Positions 50,401 through 62,232 of a stretch of DNA of 64,000 nucleotides are shown here, in pieces. The notes beneath the pieces are model-generated. The model made no database searches. It had not been told where the DNA came from and saw only the letters and a list, made by a program, of their open reading frames with translations. The number at the start of each line of letters is the position of its first letter. Within the stretch, counting starts at the first letter, position 1. Source of the stretch: Cyanophora paradoxa CCMP329 (taxonomy: Eukaryota; Plantae; Glaucophyta); the NCBI GenBank assembly GCA_004431415.1, contig QPMI01000178.1:62001-126000 (forward strand), written 5' to 3'. The translations under genes were made by a program, and so were the position numbers.

Positions 50401-50511
50401 TCGACAGTTGAAGACTAGCCTGAGGCACGTGAACGTGCACCGGTACCGTGGACGCAGAAGTTTGTGAAGGCAAAGGAGCGGAAATCGGATTCGGACATCA
50501 AGACCACGTAA
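47451..50511 (+). CDS. Multi-exon putative secreted protein with a His/Asp-rich segment and two copies of an unrecognised Cys-containing domain
   Basis: Hydrophobic NVFLFVLAFQSVAIMISARA; DDDHEHDHAHAE. Paired peptides RLGPSYSYEDL / RLGPSYSYGDL, CCLEDCGNWYKTC / CCLDDCAAWYREC, LGLEIKGPTGWAVKFDLLRN / LGLHVKGPAGTALKFDLLQN. Likely stop TAA at 50509-50511. Confidence 0.6.
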
Positions 50512-51288
50512 GACGAACCAACAAGCGGCCGCCGACCGGGCACCTCTCTGCTAAAGAACCAGCGCATTTCATGTTCTAAAGATCTCACAGAGTCTAGATG
50601 AACTAGTACTTCGGAACCGGTGCATATAACACGACGATTATTAATTAGCAATAGCTGTACAATTGTTTTTCATCTAGATCTACCTCCCAGGCGTCGACGT
50701 CTTGTATATAGTCAGCATCCCTGCATGTATCAGGTAGCTATAGGCGCGGAGCGGGGGTCTGTGAGCAGCGTGTACGAATTCGAATGCAACCGTTGAGCAG
50801 ATCGGCAGGACCAGAGCGATACGCAGTCCCGTATACGTATACGTAGTGGCCCAGTGGCTCGGAAGTTGTCGGAAATCGGCCGCGAAAGCTTTGCAATTGC
50901 TCAGCGGCTTAATTAAATCATATGCATATGCATATCGCTGCGGGCTGCCGACAAGCATGATTGCCGGCCGCGGGCTGCGCATGCGCCGCGGCGCATGCCG
51001 CGCGCCGCGGCCCGCGGCGCAGTGCCGCAGCTGCAGTGCTAGCGCTAGCTATAGCGCTAGCGCTGCGACTTTCGTCCCGCACGAACGCGTGCACGTGCAC
51101 GCGCACACACGCGAGACGCGAGCCGATACGGGGTCTGTAACGGGGCCATCATACGGCTCCGAGCGATCGCGAGCGGAGACGTGCATCAATTTCGAATTCG
51201 TCACTGCATCGGATCCCTCCCCTCCCCCCCCGCTCCGGCCCCTGGGTACGACAGGCTTCGTTCGCAAGCAGCATTCGAAGGCGCCGGA

Positions 51289-54200
51289 ATGCAGACGCCG
51301 CGAGCCAGCCCCTCTCCGGTTGGGGCTGGCCCGATGGCCAAGTACACGGTGCGGACGTGGGCGTCTGAGTCCACCGGCGCGCTGGTAATGGTCTCGTCGA
51401 CCGAGCGGGCCGAGGAGCTCTGCCGCCAGTGCTACGGCATGACGTTCGCCGATCTGCTCCGGCCCTTCGGCCACATCGAGAACATCAACAGTGCGACCGC
51501 CGAAGCGCGGGCCCGCGCGCCGCTCATCCGCGCCCCGCAGCTGTCGTGAAGGTCTCCTCGGAGCAGTCGACGGTTGTTCGGGAGCTCCGCGTGCGCTTCC
51601 TGCCGACGTCCGAGTGCCAGCAGCCACCCCTGGAGCTCTCCGACCCCATCCTCGCCCGCATCGTCTCGGACCACGGGAGCGGCTCCGAGGACGGCGTCGG
51701 GGACACCGTGGACCTGCGCAGCCCGCAGGACCTGCAGCGCTTCGTCCGCGGTGCGCCCGCCCGCCGGCCGCTGAGGCGCCGCCCGCCCGAGCCGCCGCGG
51801 CGCAGGGGCCAAGGACCCGTCGCCGTGGTTCCCCGCCTACCGCCGCGAGCTGAACCACGCGCTCCGATGCGGCGAGCACGAGGCCTTTGACGCGCCGCTC
51901 GCATGTGCGCCCCCGGCTCCGGGCCCGCGCGCCTCGGCGCGGCGCGGCGCGGCGCCGCGCCCCCGCCGTGAGCGCCGTCAAACGGCGCGCGTGCAGGCCT
52001 GGTGGTCGTTTCGAGCGCGGACCGCAACGCCGTGGACCGTTGCGTGGAGATGCTGCAGCCGGAGCGGCTCCCGCCCCTCTTCCAGCAGCAGGCGCCGGCC
52101 CCGCCCGCCCCGAGCCCCGCGCCGCCCCGCGCTGAAACGCAAGCGCGCGCGTGGCGGCGGCAGGTGATCGAGCCGAAGCCGCTGGCCGCCTACGTCCTCC
52201 TGCACGACCCGTCGGACCCGGCGTGCTCGTCTAAGTGCCCCCGCCCCCGCCCCAGCCCGCCCGCGCCCTGCTCCGCCGCCGCCGGCAGCGCCGACTCCCG
52301 CAGCAGGCAAGCGGAGGAGTCGCTGGCGGCCATGCGGGACACGTTCGGGCCCGGCCGCTGCACGCTCCTCCGTGTCAGGTGACCCGGCGCCCTCCGCCTC
52401 GACCCCGCCCGTCCCGCCCCGCCGACGCCCCGCACAGCCGCGCGGCGGGGGCGGGGCGGGGGCGGAGGGCGGGGACCCCGCGGCGGCGCCCTGGCTCGCG
52501 GCGGCGGTGCCTTACTTCTTCGGGACGCCGAGCGCGGCGCCCGGCGCGCGCGCCCCGGCCCGCGCTGAGGCTGAGGCCTTCCAAGCCCTCGTCCGCGACA
52601 TCGCGGTCCGAGTACCCCCTCCAGGGGGGGGTGAAGCGCCGCCGACCTGACATACCCCCCCCCCCTCCCCCCCAGGTCCGACTGCTGGTGCCCCACGTCG
52701 AGCGGTGCCTGCGCACGCTCGCGGACAAGGCGCGCCCCGCCCCGGGGGTACGCTCTTCGCCGCTTCGCTCACAGGGGTACGCAGATCCTGGCCACGCGGC
52801 GCGGCTTCAAGAACCAGTTCAAGTCGTGGTTCGGCGCCGGGCGCAAGGTCCGCCGCCCTTCCTTGACAAGCCGTACCCCTCGGCGATCCCCGTACCCCTC
52901 TCCGCAGGGCCCCACGGACGCGCGCGAGGGCGTGATCGAGCCCCCCGCCGGCTCCAGCGATCCACCTCGGTGCGCCGCAAGGGGTACCGTGTTCCGCGTC
53001 ATGTACCTTTTTTTCTGATGCAGTACCCCTCTCAGGTACCTCCACAATTCCGTCGAGCGGCAAATGCGCGTCGTCGGCGACCTGGCCTTCCAGGTACCCC
53101 CCCCCCCCACCTCGTACCAGTCCGGCCCCGTACCCCCCGCCGGTTCGAGCTCGTACCCCTCCCCCCGCAGCTGGGTGACTACGAGACGGCGCTGACGCAC
53201 TACCGCCTCGCGGCCGCCGACTTTAAGCAGGACAAGGTGGGACCCCGCTTCCCTCCCTCCTCTCCTCGCCTCTTCCGAGGGAGAAGCTGTACCCCCGCCC
53301 GCCCGACCGCCGCGCGCCAGGCCTGGGTGCAGCACGCGGGCGCGCAGGAGATGATCGGCGTCACGCTGCTGCTCCAGGCGCGCCGCCCCGGGCCCTGCGC
53401 TCCGCTCCGCTCCGCTCCATCACGCGCTCCGCTCACACGGGGCGCAGGACGCGGGGAAGCGGGAGGCCGAGGCTGCCCTAAAGGACGCCGTGGACGCCTA
53501 CGAGAAGGCCGGCGCCACCCGGTGCGTACCCCCCCCGCGCGCCCCGCGCCCCGCGCCCCGCGCCCCGCCCCCGCTTCCGGCTCGGGCCGACTGGCGCGTG
53601 CCGTCCCCGGGCGGCAGTTACGCGACGCGGGCGGCGCTGGCGCAGGCGGACGCGGCGGCCTCGCGCCTCGCCCTCGCCGACTCGGCCGCCCTCCTCCTCC
53701 ACGGTGCCTCCTCCCGCTGCCGAGGGGCGGGAGTTAGCTCGGCCCCGCAGCGGGGAGGGGGGGGAGGCAGGGGCGGGGCGGACGGGGGCCGGGCGCGCTG
53801 TCTGGGCTAGCACGGGCTCGGCTCGCCCCCGCCCTCCCCCTTGGGGCCGGGCCGGGCGGCCCCCGCGGCTGCTGACCCTCGGTGGGGACGCAGCGTCGCT
53901 GTCGGAGACGAACCTCCGCTCCGCGCTCCTCCTCGAGCAGGCACGCCCGCCCCGCCCGCCCGCGCCTTCCTCCCGCGCCCTCCCTCGCCCCCTTCGCCCC
54001 CGCCTGACGCTGTCGGCAGGCGGCGTTCTGCTACCTGCTGATGAGCCCCCAGAAGCTCCGCAAGTTCGCCTTCTTCCTCGTCCTCGCCGGCTACCGCTAC
54101 AACCTCTGCGCCCAGGCCCGCCCGCCCCCGCCGCCCCGCCCCGCCCCGCCCCGCTCCGCCGGCCTCCTCGCTCACTCGAGCGCGTCGGCGCAGAGGCGGC

Positions 54201-55718
54201 ACGCGGTGCGGTGCTACGGGCAGGCGCTGCGCATGTACGAGGACAAGAACTGGCAGGTGCGCCCTCGGCGGGCGTAGCCTGGGCCCAGGGGCCAAGGGCC
54301 AGGGGCTGGGCCTGACGTGCTCGGGGGCCACAGCACGTGGACGACCACATCCACTTCACCCTCGGGCGGTGCGCGGCCCTCGCCCCCGCCCGCCCCGACC
54401 CGCCCCGACCCGCCCCGCCCCTCCCGGCCCGGCCTCGCTGCTGAGGGGGCCTCGGGGCCGGGCCGGGCGCAGGCAATCCGCGCACCTCGGGCGCTTCGAC
54501 TCGGCGCTGCAGTACTTCACCCGCCTTCTCCACCCGTGCGCCCCGCCCCCGCCCCCGCCCCCGCCCCCGCCCCCGGCCCCGCTTCTTCTTTCCGTCTGTT
54601 GTTTACGGCTGCGGGGCAGGAGCACGCAGCCGGACAACCGGCAGCAGACCTTCGTGCGCGAGTACATCCACGTCGCCAGGGTACCCGCCCCCCTCCCTCC
54701 CCCTCGTTCTCTTCTGATCCCCTTCTGACTGATCACCTCGCCCCTCGCAGGCCTTCGTGAACAGGGAGGGACCCCGCGGCGAGGTGCGTGCGGCGCGGCC
54801 GGCCGCAGCCGCGGCGCCATCGGCCCCGCCCCCGCTCCCCGGGCCTCGGGGTCCCTCGGGCGGGGCCCGGGCAATGCATGCTCCAACCTTCCTCTAGACC
54901 AGGCTTCTTCTTCTTTCCTGCCTCTAGCCCGCCTTCTCCGCACCCGCGCGGCAGCGGCGGATGCGGACTTCTCTCCGACGGCTGATGTAAACCAACGCGC
55001 TTTCTCCCGCAGGTGAACGCGCCGATCCCGATCGTGCACGAGGGCTCTGTCCGCGTCGTCTCCGAGGGCGACGGCGCCGAGGCGGCGCAGCCGTCCCCCG
55101 GCGCCGACTCCTCCGCACCCGACGCCGCCGTCCGCCGCCCCCTCCTGCCCGTCCACTCGCTCGCTTGTCCGACTCGGATGGGATGGGATGGACAGGCGTG
55201 GCGGCACCTGGACGACGCGGCCGTGCGGAGCGCCCGCGTCCACGCCCTCCGCGCCCACGGCGTCCGCCCCGCCCCTCCTTCCCTCCCGTGCCTTCCGCAC
55301 CAGGCGGCGGGCTGAGGCGCCCCGCCCCGCAGCAGGCGGCGGCGCCGCGGCTCTTCCTGCAGCAGCCGCCGGCCGACTTCGCCGACAAGACGCACACCTT
55401 CTGCGCCCTCGGCGGTCCGCGAGTCTCCCGCCCCACCCCGCCCCGCCCCGCCCCGCCCCGCACAGAGCCCTCGGCTGCTCCCTTCTCACTCGCTCGCTCG
55501 CTCGCCCCCCGCGCCCCTCAGAGAGCGTCGTGGTCGAGGTCGACGTCACCAATCCGCTCAAGTCCGACCGGCCCTCCCGCCTCCGCGCCCGCGCCCTTCC
55601 CAGCCCGACGCGGCGCTGACGGGCCGGGCCCTCGCGCAGCGTCCCCATCGACGTGACCGACTGCCGCCTCGTGCTGGAGTTCACGCCCCCGCCCGCCCCG
55701 CCCGCCGCCGCCGCCCCG

Positions 55719-55757
<39 letters not shown>

Positions 55758-55894
55758 CCGCCCGCCTCCCCCGCCCTCGTCCGCCCCCCGAACCCCGGCC
55801 CCTCGAAAGGACCCTTACCCTTTCGCAGGGTACGGACGACGACTCCGTGACCAAGTCCGTCAGCTCCTTCACCATCCACGACCTTGCCGCCGGT

Positions 55895-55930
<36 letters not shown>

Positions 55931-57415
55931 CCGCCCCTCCCCTCCCTCCCAAACCCGAGCCGAGGCGGGCCCCCCCTCCCTCCCTCCCGGGGCGCAGGGC
56001 CGGACGGGGGCATCGTGCGCTCGACGACCGCGCCCGACCTCGCGCACCCGCCCCCCGCCGGCGCCCCGCAGGCAAGACCTGCCCTTCTATTCCTTCTTTC
56101 ATCGCCGTTTCGCTCGCTCGCTGACCGCTCCTCAGCGCGCGGCCGCGTCCGGAGCCGCCACTCCCGAGCCCGCCGCCCCGCCGCCCTCCACCGGTACCCC
56201 CGTCTCCTTCCCCGTCGCTCCACCCGCTCTCCCTTACCCCTCCCCCTTCCAGGCCCCGACTTCGAGATCGAGCCGATCCAGGCCACCATACCCCGCTCCA
56301 GCAAGTTCAAGGTTCGCGGACCCGCCGCCCCTCCCGCCCGCCTCCGGTTCGATTCCGCGCAGCTCCAGTTCCGCGTGCGGGCCGTCCGGGAGGGTACCAT
56401 CAAGGTCCTGCTCCTCCCCCCCTCCCACCCCCCGCCCCCCTTTCGAATCGATTCCGGCCCGATCTGAGCCGCCTGAACCTCAGGTGACGGCGGTGGAGTG
56501 GAAGCTGGCGAACGCGGTGACGGGCCGGCGCTCGCTCGCGGTGCGCGGCCGCCGCCTCAACCGCACCAAGAAGGAGCGCATGTCCGTGGTGCGCCGTACC
56601 CCTCCCGCCCACCCACCCCCCTCGTCCATCCGTCCCGACGTACGACGTACCCCCAGGTGCACGAGGCGGACCGGGTGGTGACGATCGTGGTGTCGGGGCC
56701 GATGCCGCGCCTCCAGGCCCGCCTCCTCGGCTTCCCCCCGGCCCTCCTCCACGGCGAGGCGCGCCTGATCTCATCTGATCTGATATGAGATGATCTGAGC
56801 TGATCTGAGCTGCCGGGCGCAGGTGCGGCGGGCGACGCTGGAGCTGCAGAACACGGGCCCCTGCGCCCTGCGCGCCCTCACCCTCGCCACCGACGCGCCC
56901 CACTTCTTCGCCTTCGCCCCCGGCGACGGCGAGGCCGGCGCCGCCGGCGGCGAGTCCCTCCCCGTCGCAGCCGGCCGCCGCGGCGTCCGCGGCCGCGTGT
57001 ACCCCCCCGGCGAGGGCGGCATCGTCAAGCTCTCGCCCTCCGAGGCGCGTACCCCCCTCCCTCCCTCGCTCCCCCCCCCTCCCCCCTGCTCTGAACCCTA
57101 CTCTTCCTCCTCAGGTTGGGGCGGGGGAGACGGTGCGGGTGGGGGTGTGGGTGCGGGGGGCGGAGCCCGGGCAGCACGCCCCGCGCCTCGTCTTCTACTA
57201 CGAGTCCGCCGAGAAGGTCCAACCGCCCCCGCCCCCCCGGCCCCGCCCCGAGTGTGAGGGAGGGGAAGAGGGAGGGAGAGGGACGCCTCAAGGCTCTTAA
57301 GCGAGCGAGCGCTGCGTTCGTTGCTGCGCGCCTGACCCCATCCGGTGCCGCGCAGGGCGCCGAGCAGCGGTACCGCATGCTGCGCCTCCAGGTGCGACCC
57401 AGGGGCCGCCTCGCG

Positions 57416-57446
<31 letters not shown>

Positions 57447-59397
57447 GGGCTGACGGGGCTGACGGGGCGGGCGCCAGCCGGCGACGGCGGTGGCGTCGGC
57501 GCTGCGGGTGGCGCTGGGGACGCGCCCCGCCGCGACCCCGGGCGACGAGCACCTCCTCCGCGTCGAGGCGCGCGCCGCGCCCCGCCGCTCGGCCCCGCAC
57601 GCGCCCGGCGAGGCTCGCCCGCAGGTCGAGAACGTGCGGGACTCGCACTTCGTCACCCTCCGCTCCCTCTCCCTCATCTCCGCGTGCGCCCCTTCGTTTG
57701 TTCGCTCAGAGGGCCGGCCGGGGCGCCTTCGGATTCCTGAGCGTCGGGCGGGGCGGGGCCGGGGCGCTCGCTCGCCTGATCGCGGTCGGCAGGCTCTGGA
57801 CGGGGCGGCCGGCGTCGTACCGGGACCCGACGGCGGGCGACGGGGCGGCCCTCGCCAGCGGCTCCTTCACCCTCGCCCCCCGCGAGCAGGCGCGCGCCCT
57901 CCCGCCCCCTCGCCCCCGCCCCCCCGCGCTGATCGCTTGCCCCGCCCTCCCCACCAGTGTGTCTTCTACGCGGCGCTGCAGCGCCCGGAGGCGTCGATGC
58001 CGGGGCGCCCGGCGCTGCGCCCGCGGGGCGGCGGGGGCGTCTGGGGAGCCGCTGGTGACGAGCCTGCCGCTGGGGCCGGACGCGCCGTGGGACGCGGGGC
58101 GCTGGCCGGTGGCGACCCTCTTCGCCGCCGAGGAGTTCGCCATCCAGGCCGCGGCGCGCCCGCCCCGCCCCGCTTGCTTCCTCTTCTTCACGGCCTGACG
58201 GGCGCATCCCCCGCGCCGCGCGCGCAGGCGCAGGCGCACGCGGCGGAGGCGGAGGCGGCGGCGGGGCCCCAGAGGGGCCGCCCGGGTACGTGCCCGGCAG
58301 AGCCCTCCCGCCCCCGCCCCGGCCGCCCCCGCCGCTGAGGCGGGGAACTCATGCGCAGGCGGCGGCGGCATCTGGCCCGCGTTCATGGACAAGGTGTCCC
58401 CCCCCCACCCCTTCCCCGTACCCCGCGAGGGCTCAGGCGTACCCCCGGCCCGCAGGCTGGCGCCTCGCGCAAGGCGGAGCTGGCGAAGCACGCGGCGGGC
58501 GAGGCCGCCAAGCGCGCCCCGCGCCCCGAGGCGCGCCGCTGCCCGCTCCCAGGCCCCACTCCGGTCGGACAGACTCTGACGGGGCGGGGGGCGCAGGCGG
58601 ACCTGCACGCGGTGCTGGCGTGGGAGGCGCACTCGCCGGACCAGGCGGCCCCCGCCCGCGGCCTCCACTTCGCCCACAGGCGAGCCGCCCTCCGCTGAGA
58701 CTCGGACCTGGCCCCAGGCTCACGCGGGGACGGATGCGCAGGATCCCGCTGGGCCCGCGCGCCCGGGCGGCGCGGGCGCTGGCGGGGCCGGCGGCGGCCG
58801 CGGCGCCGGCGGCGCAGCAGCTTCGGGAGGAGGAGGCGGGCGCGCCCTGGCTCCGCTTCTCCATCGAGGGCCCTCCCGCGTCACCCACGACTTCGGCCTC
58901 GTCCCGTCCGCCCCGCCCGCCCATCCATCCGCCCCGCCCGCCCGTGGGCCTTGACCACCTTCCCGCGCAGGACGTGCACGGTGCCGGTGACGCTGTCGGT
59001 GAAGAACTGCTCGAGCGGCGTGCCCGTCGCCCTCCTCGTCGAGGCCCTCGGCCCCGACGAGCCCGCCTCCGCCGCCGCGCCCGGCCCCGGCGGCGCCGCC
59101 ACCTCGGGCCTCGCGGCCGCCACGGCCGGGGCCGACGCCGCCGGCTCCGAGTGCCTCTGGCTGGGCCCCACCCGCGTCCACGTCGACAGCCTGCCCCCCG
59201 GAGGCGTCCACTCCACCGCCGCCGCCGCCTGCCTCTTCGCCCCCGGCGTCGCCAACCTGAACCGCTTCCGCGTGACGGCCGTGCCCCCGGCCCCGGCCGC
59301 GCCCGTCGTGTACCCCGTCTCGACCCTCCTCTCGCACCTCGTCTCCGTCTCGGCGCCGGCGCCCCTCCTCCCCGCCCCCACGGCCCGTGCCCACTAG
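51289..59397 (+). CDS. TRAPPC8: Trafficking protein particle complex subunit 8 (Trs85), multi-exon
   Basis: Spliced peptides typical of TRAPPC8: GMTFADLLRPFG, EHEAFDAPLAC, ERQMRVVGDLAFQLGDYETALTHY...DFKQDKAW, ALLLEQAAFCY, RKFAFFLVLAGYRY, W..VDDHIHFTLGRQ, QQTFVREY, VEVDVTNPL, VRGRRLNRTKKER, MPRL. ATG at 51289 or 51334; TAG ends at 59397. Confidence 0.92.
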
Positions 59398-59666
59398 ATC
59401 AGGCCCATCTTGGTAGCCCTCTCGCAGGCCCCTCCTCGCGTGCTTCCTTTGTTCCTTCCTCAATGCGAAGAAAGAAGTTTCGCCGCACAACGCGCGCCAT
59501 CGACGCACTTGATGCACAGTATTGCATACCGGCATGCCAGAGCTCAAGCACTCTGCGTCGACAAAGACGGACTTCAGAAGAAAAGGATAACTTCCGTAAC
59601 CGTTTGAACGTGTAACGTACAATTTTGAAAGCCGGAGCTTCGAATTCGGAAAAGCCGTGCTTGCAA

Positions 59667-59756
59667 TTCAGTCTAAAAACGTTAACTAGTATACGTAATC
59701 TGCTTTCAGTCTTCAGTTTTCAGTCTAAAAACGTTAACTAGTATACGCAATCTGCT
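59667..59756. repeat. 38-bp near-tandem duplication
   Basis: TTCAGTCTAAAAACGTTAACTAGTATACG(T/C)AATCTGCT at 59667-59704 and 59719-59756, separated by partial TTCAGT copies. Confidence 0.9.
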
Positions 59757-61214
59757 GCGCATGTGGAATCACACTCAGTGTGTGACTGTGATCATGACGT
59801 TGTAGCAGTGCGGATCGCGATCGTGACCGTTTCACTCGGGCGATCGCAAACCAACAAGCGGTCCGCGGGCCGCCGAGCCGACGGCCTCCAGGCCTCCGGA
59901 CTCCCGGGTCCGGAGTTCGGCCCTCCGGATCCGCCGCGCCCGTACGCGTGCGCATGCACGTGGCTTCTGCACTGACTCCGCAGCTGCCAGGCTGCCACTG
60001 GGCCAGTGCTGCCGCAGTGGACTCTCGGACAGTGTCGGACTCCGATCGCCGCGATGATCGCGAGCCTCTCGATCTCGGACCGGCACTGTCCGGCAGCTCG
60101 ATATCGGTTATAATCATTGAATTAACTTTCGCCTCTCAGCTGCGCCCAGTGCGCATGCAGCCTGTAATGAGTCCGATCGAGATCCAGCGCCCCCTGGCCA
60201 TGACCAGTGCTGCTGTACGTATACATGTGCTGGTGGCATTCCGGCCTGCATGCACAGGCTACAGGCTGCAGGCTGCAGCTGCAGCTGGTGCCGGCCGGGC
60301 TCCGGGATCCGGCACTGGACCGGCAGCTGCGCAGCGGCCAGGCTCCAGCCTGCGCAGCGTGCGCACAACGGCGTGACAACGCTGCCAGGAGGTGGCGGCA
60401 GTGCGCATGCATGTGCAAGCTGATGCAGCTCCTTTATCCGCTGCAATTATTCGTGCTTAAAATTCAACTTGCAATCATTGCATTGCGACGTTATTGTCAC
60501 GTCAACACTTCCTGTCACGGTCAATTCAAATGATTGCAATTGCATTCCTGATAAATCCTGACTTCCGATTGGTGATTCGCGATCGAATCGATACCGCCGG
60601 AATCGCGGATCGGTTGTCATATATGAAAGTATATACGCACCCTCTGTGTTTCTCACAATTGGACCAACGCCCCGCTGGGGCTTCGTGAAAAACGTATATT
60701 AATATTTGTGTGCGAAATCATTGTGGGAGTTCGCCCCACCCGGGCCCACCGTAGTCTCTCAAAAAAAATGTATATTTGCGCATATATGCCGTGTTGCATA
60801 TGTTGCGCAGAAAAAATACTTCCAAAAGGAGGCATTTAATTTGCTTTCGCGATCGGGGTCCGAAATTACTCCGAATCATCCGACTCGATCATCCGAGTTC
60901 CGATTCACAGATATCGACAATGATTCGAAGCATATGCGTTTAAATTTCTAAAAACGTTAAAGTTTTCGAGTGTCGACGTGCACGCGTACGGTGCAACCTC
61001 TATCAGGGCCTATAATCAGGCAACATATTCGTGAATTTATGCCACGTATGCACAATATATACGTCTACACGTGCACGTATATTTACCGGATATATGCATA
61101 TGTTCTGGGCTTTCGTGCAGCCTGCAGCTGCGATTTAATTTCTTCTGGCTTATAAAAGGCTTTCTTTCTTCTGGCCAGGCTCCCAGCGGGCGCCGATCTG
61201 GCTGAAATTACGTA

Positions 61215-61439
61215 CTGTAGGATGGCTTAAATTGCCGTCTAGTTAAATTGCCGAATTCGGCCAAAACCGAAATTGCCGTGGCGATAAATTGCCGAAACTC
61301 TGGATTTCTTCTATGGTGCCATACAAAAGCGGCCGTTTAGCCTTACCCCCTGAGAATTGCCGCGGCTCTAAATTGCCGAATTTGGCGTCTCGGCAATATA
61401 CGGCAATTTAAAAGTACGGCTAAAAAAGCCATCCTACAG
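61215..61439. mobile_element. MITE family B, intact copy with 14-bp perfect TIR
   Basis: TA|CTGTAGGATGGCTT ... AAGCCATCCTACAG|TA. Six AATTGCCG plus two inverted CGGCAAT inside. Confidence 0.9.
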
Positions 61440-61667
61440 TATACTGGGTAGTACGCAATGGGCCGATCTGGCTTAACGCATTACTTACGCTGAATACGTG
61501 CGCGCAGTCACACTGCAGTCTGCAGTGTGCACATGCGGCGCTGGCTCGCGAGTCGCGATCGTTAAACGTTACGAGTCCGACGGTCTTACGACGGCCGACG
61601 GCCGTCACGCACGTCGTGTTCAACGCGTACCGTGTAACAAGAAAATACTGCAGCTGGACGCAAAATA

Positions 61668-61838
61668 CTGCAGATAGTGGGTGGAATTCGAAATTGGCGG
61701 ACCAAAAATCTCTCGACGTAGTCCACTAATTTGGGACTTCATGGAGTCCACTAATTCCCTGAGGCGAGGCGATACCCCCTTAAAATTACCGTCCCGCACA
61801 AGCCGGAAACTAATTATGGATCCACTAATTATCTAAGG
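61668..61838. mobile_element. Possible third MITE family with iterated TCCACTAATT
   Basis: TCCACTAATT at 61722, 61747 and 61821. Imperfect terminal inverted match AGATA..GTGG / CCACTAATTATCT. Confidence 0.3.
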
Positions 61839-62232
61839 TGCAAGTTATAATCCAGATCCTGGTACGTTAAACGTGTTTTTTGGCGCAACTTGTCAAGTGT
61901 CCGCTTGCGTCAGGAGTAATTACCTCACGCCGGCTCACGGCGCCCTGACGGCGTGTCTGACAGTCACGTGCACGCGTACACCCCCGGGCCCCCTCCTCGG
62001 AATCCCCCGTCAGCGGCCCGCGGTACCGGCGTGCCGCTGGCACCGCTGCCCGCGGCGCCGCGGCGGCTGTGACCGTCGGACTCTCTCGCCGCAGGGCCGG
62101 TGACGTAGTTACTGTCAAACTTACTGAGTGTCTGGGGCGACCTCAGGGCTGATCCCGGCTGAACACAGCTCTACCGTGTACCGTGTACGTACCGGTATAC
62201 GTATACGTAGCTGTGAGGCCGCAGCACTAATA

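Noticed and set aside
56340-56360. GGTTCGATTCC resembling a tRNA T-loop
   Set aside because: It lies in a short TRAPPC8 intron, and no cloverleaf or A-box can be built.
61215-61439. AATTGCCG iterations resembling a CRISPR array or iteron origin
   Set aside because: The repeats are only 8-9 bp, irregularly spaced, and enclosed by TIRs with TA flanks. No cas or rep genes are present and the context is eukaryotic.
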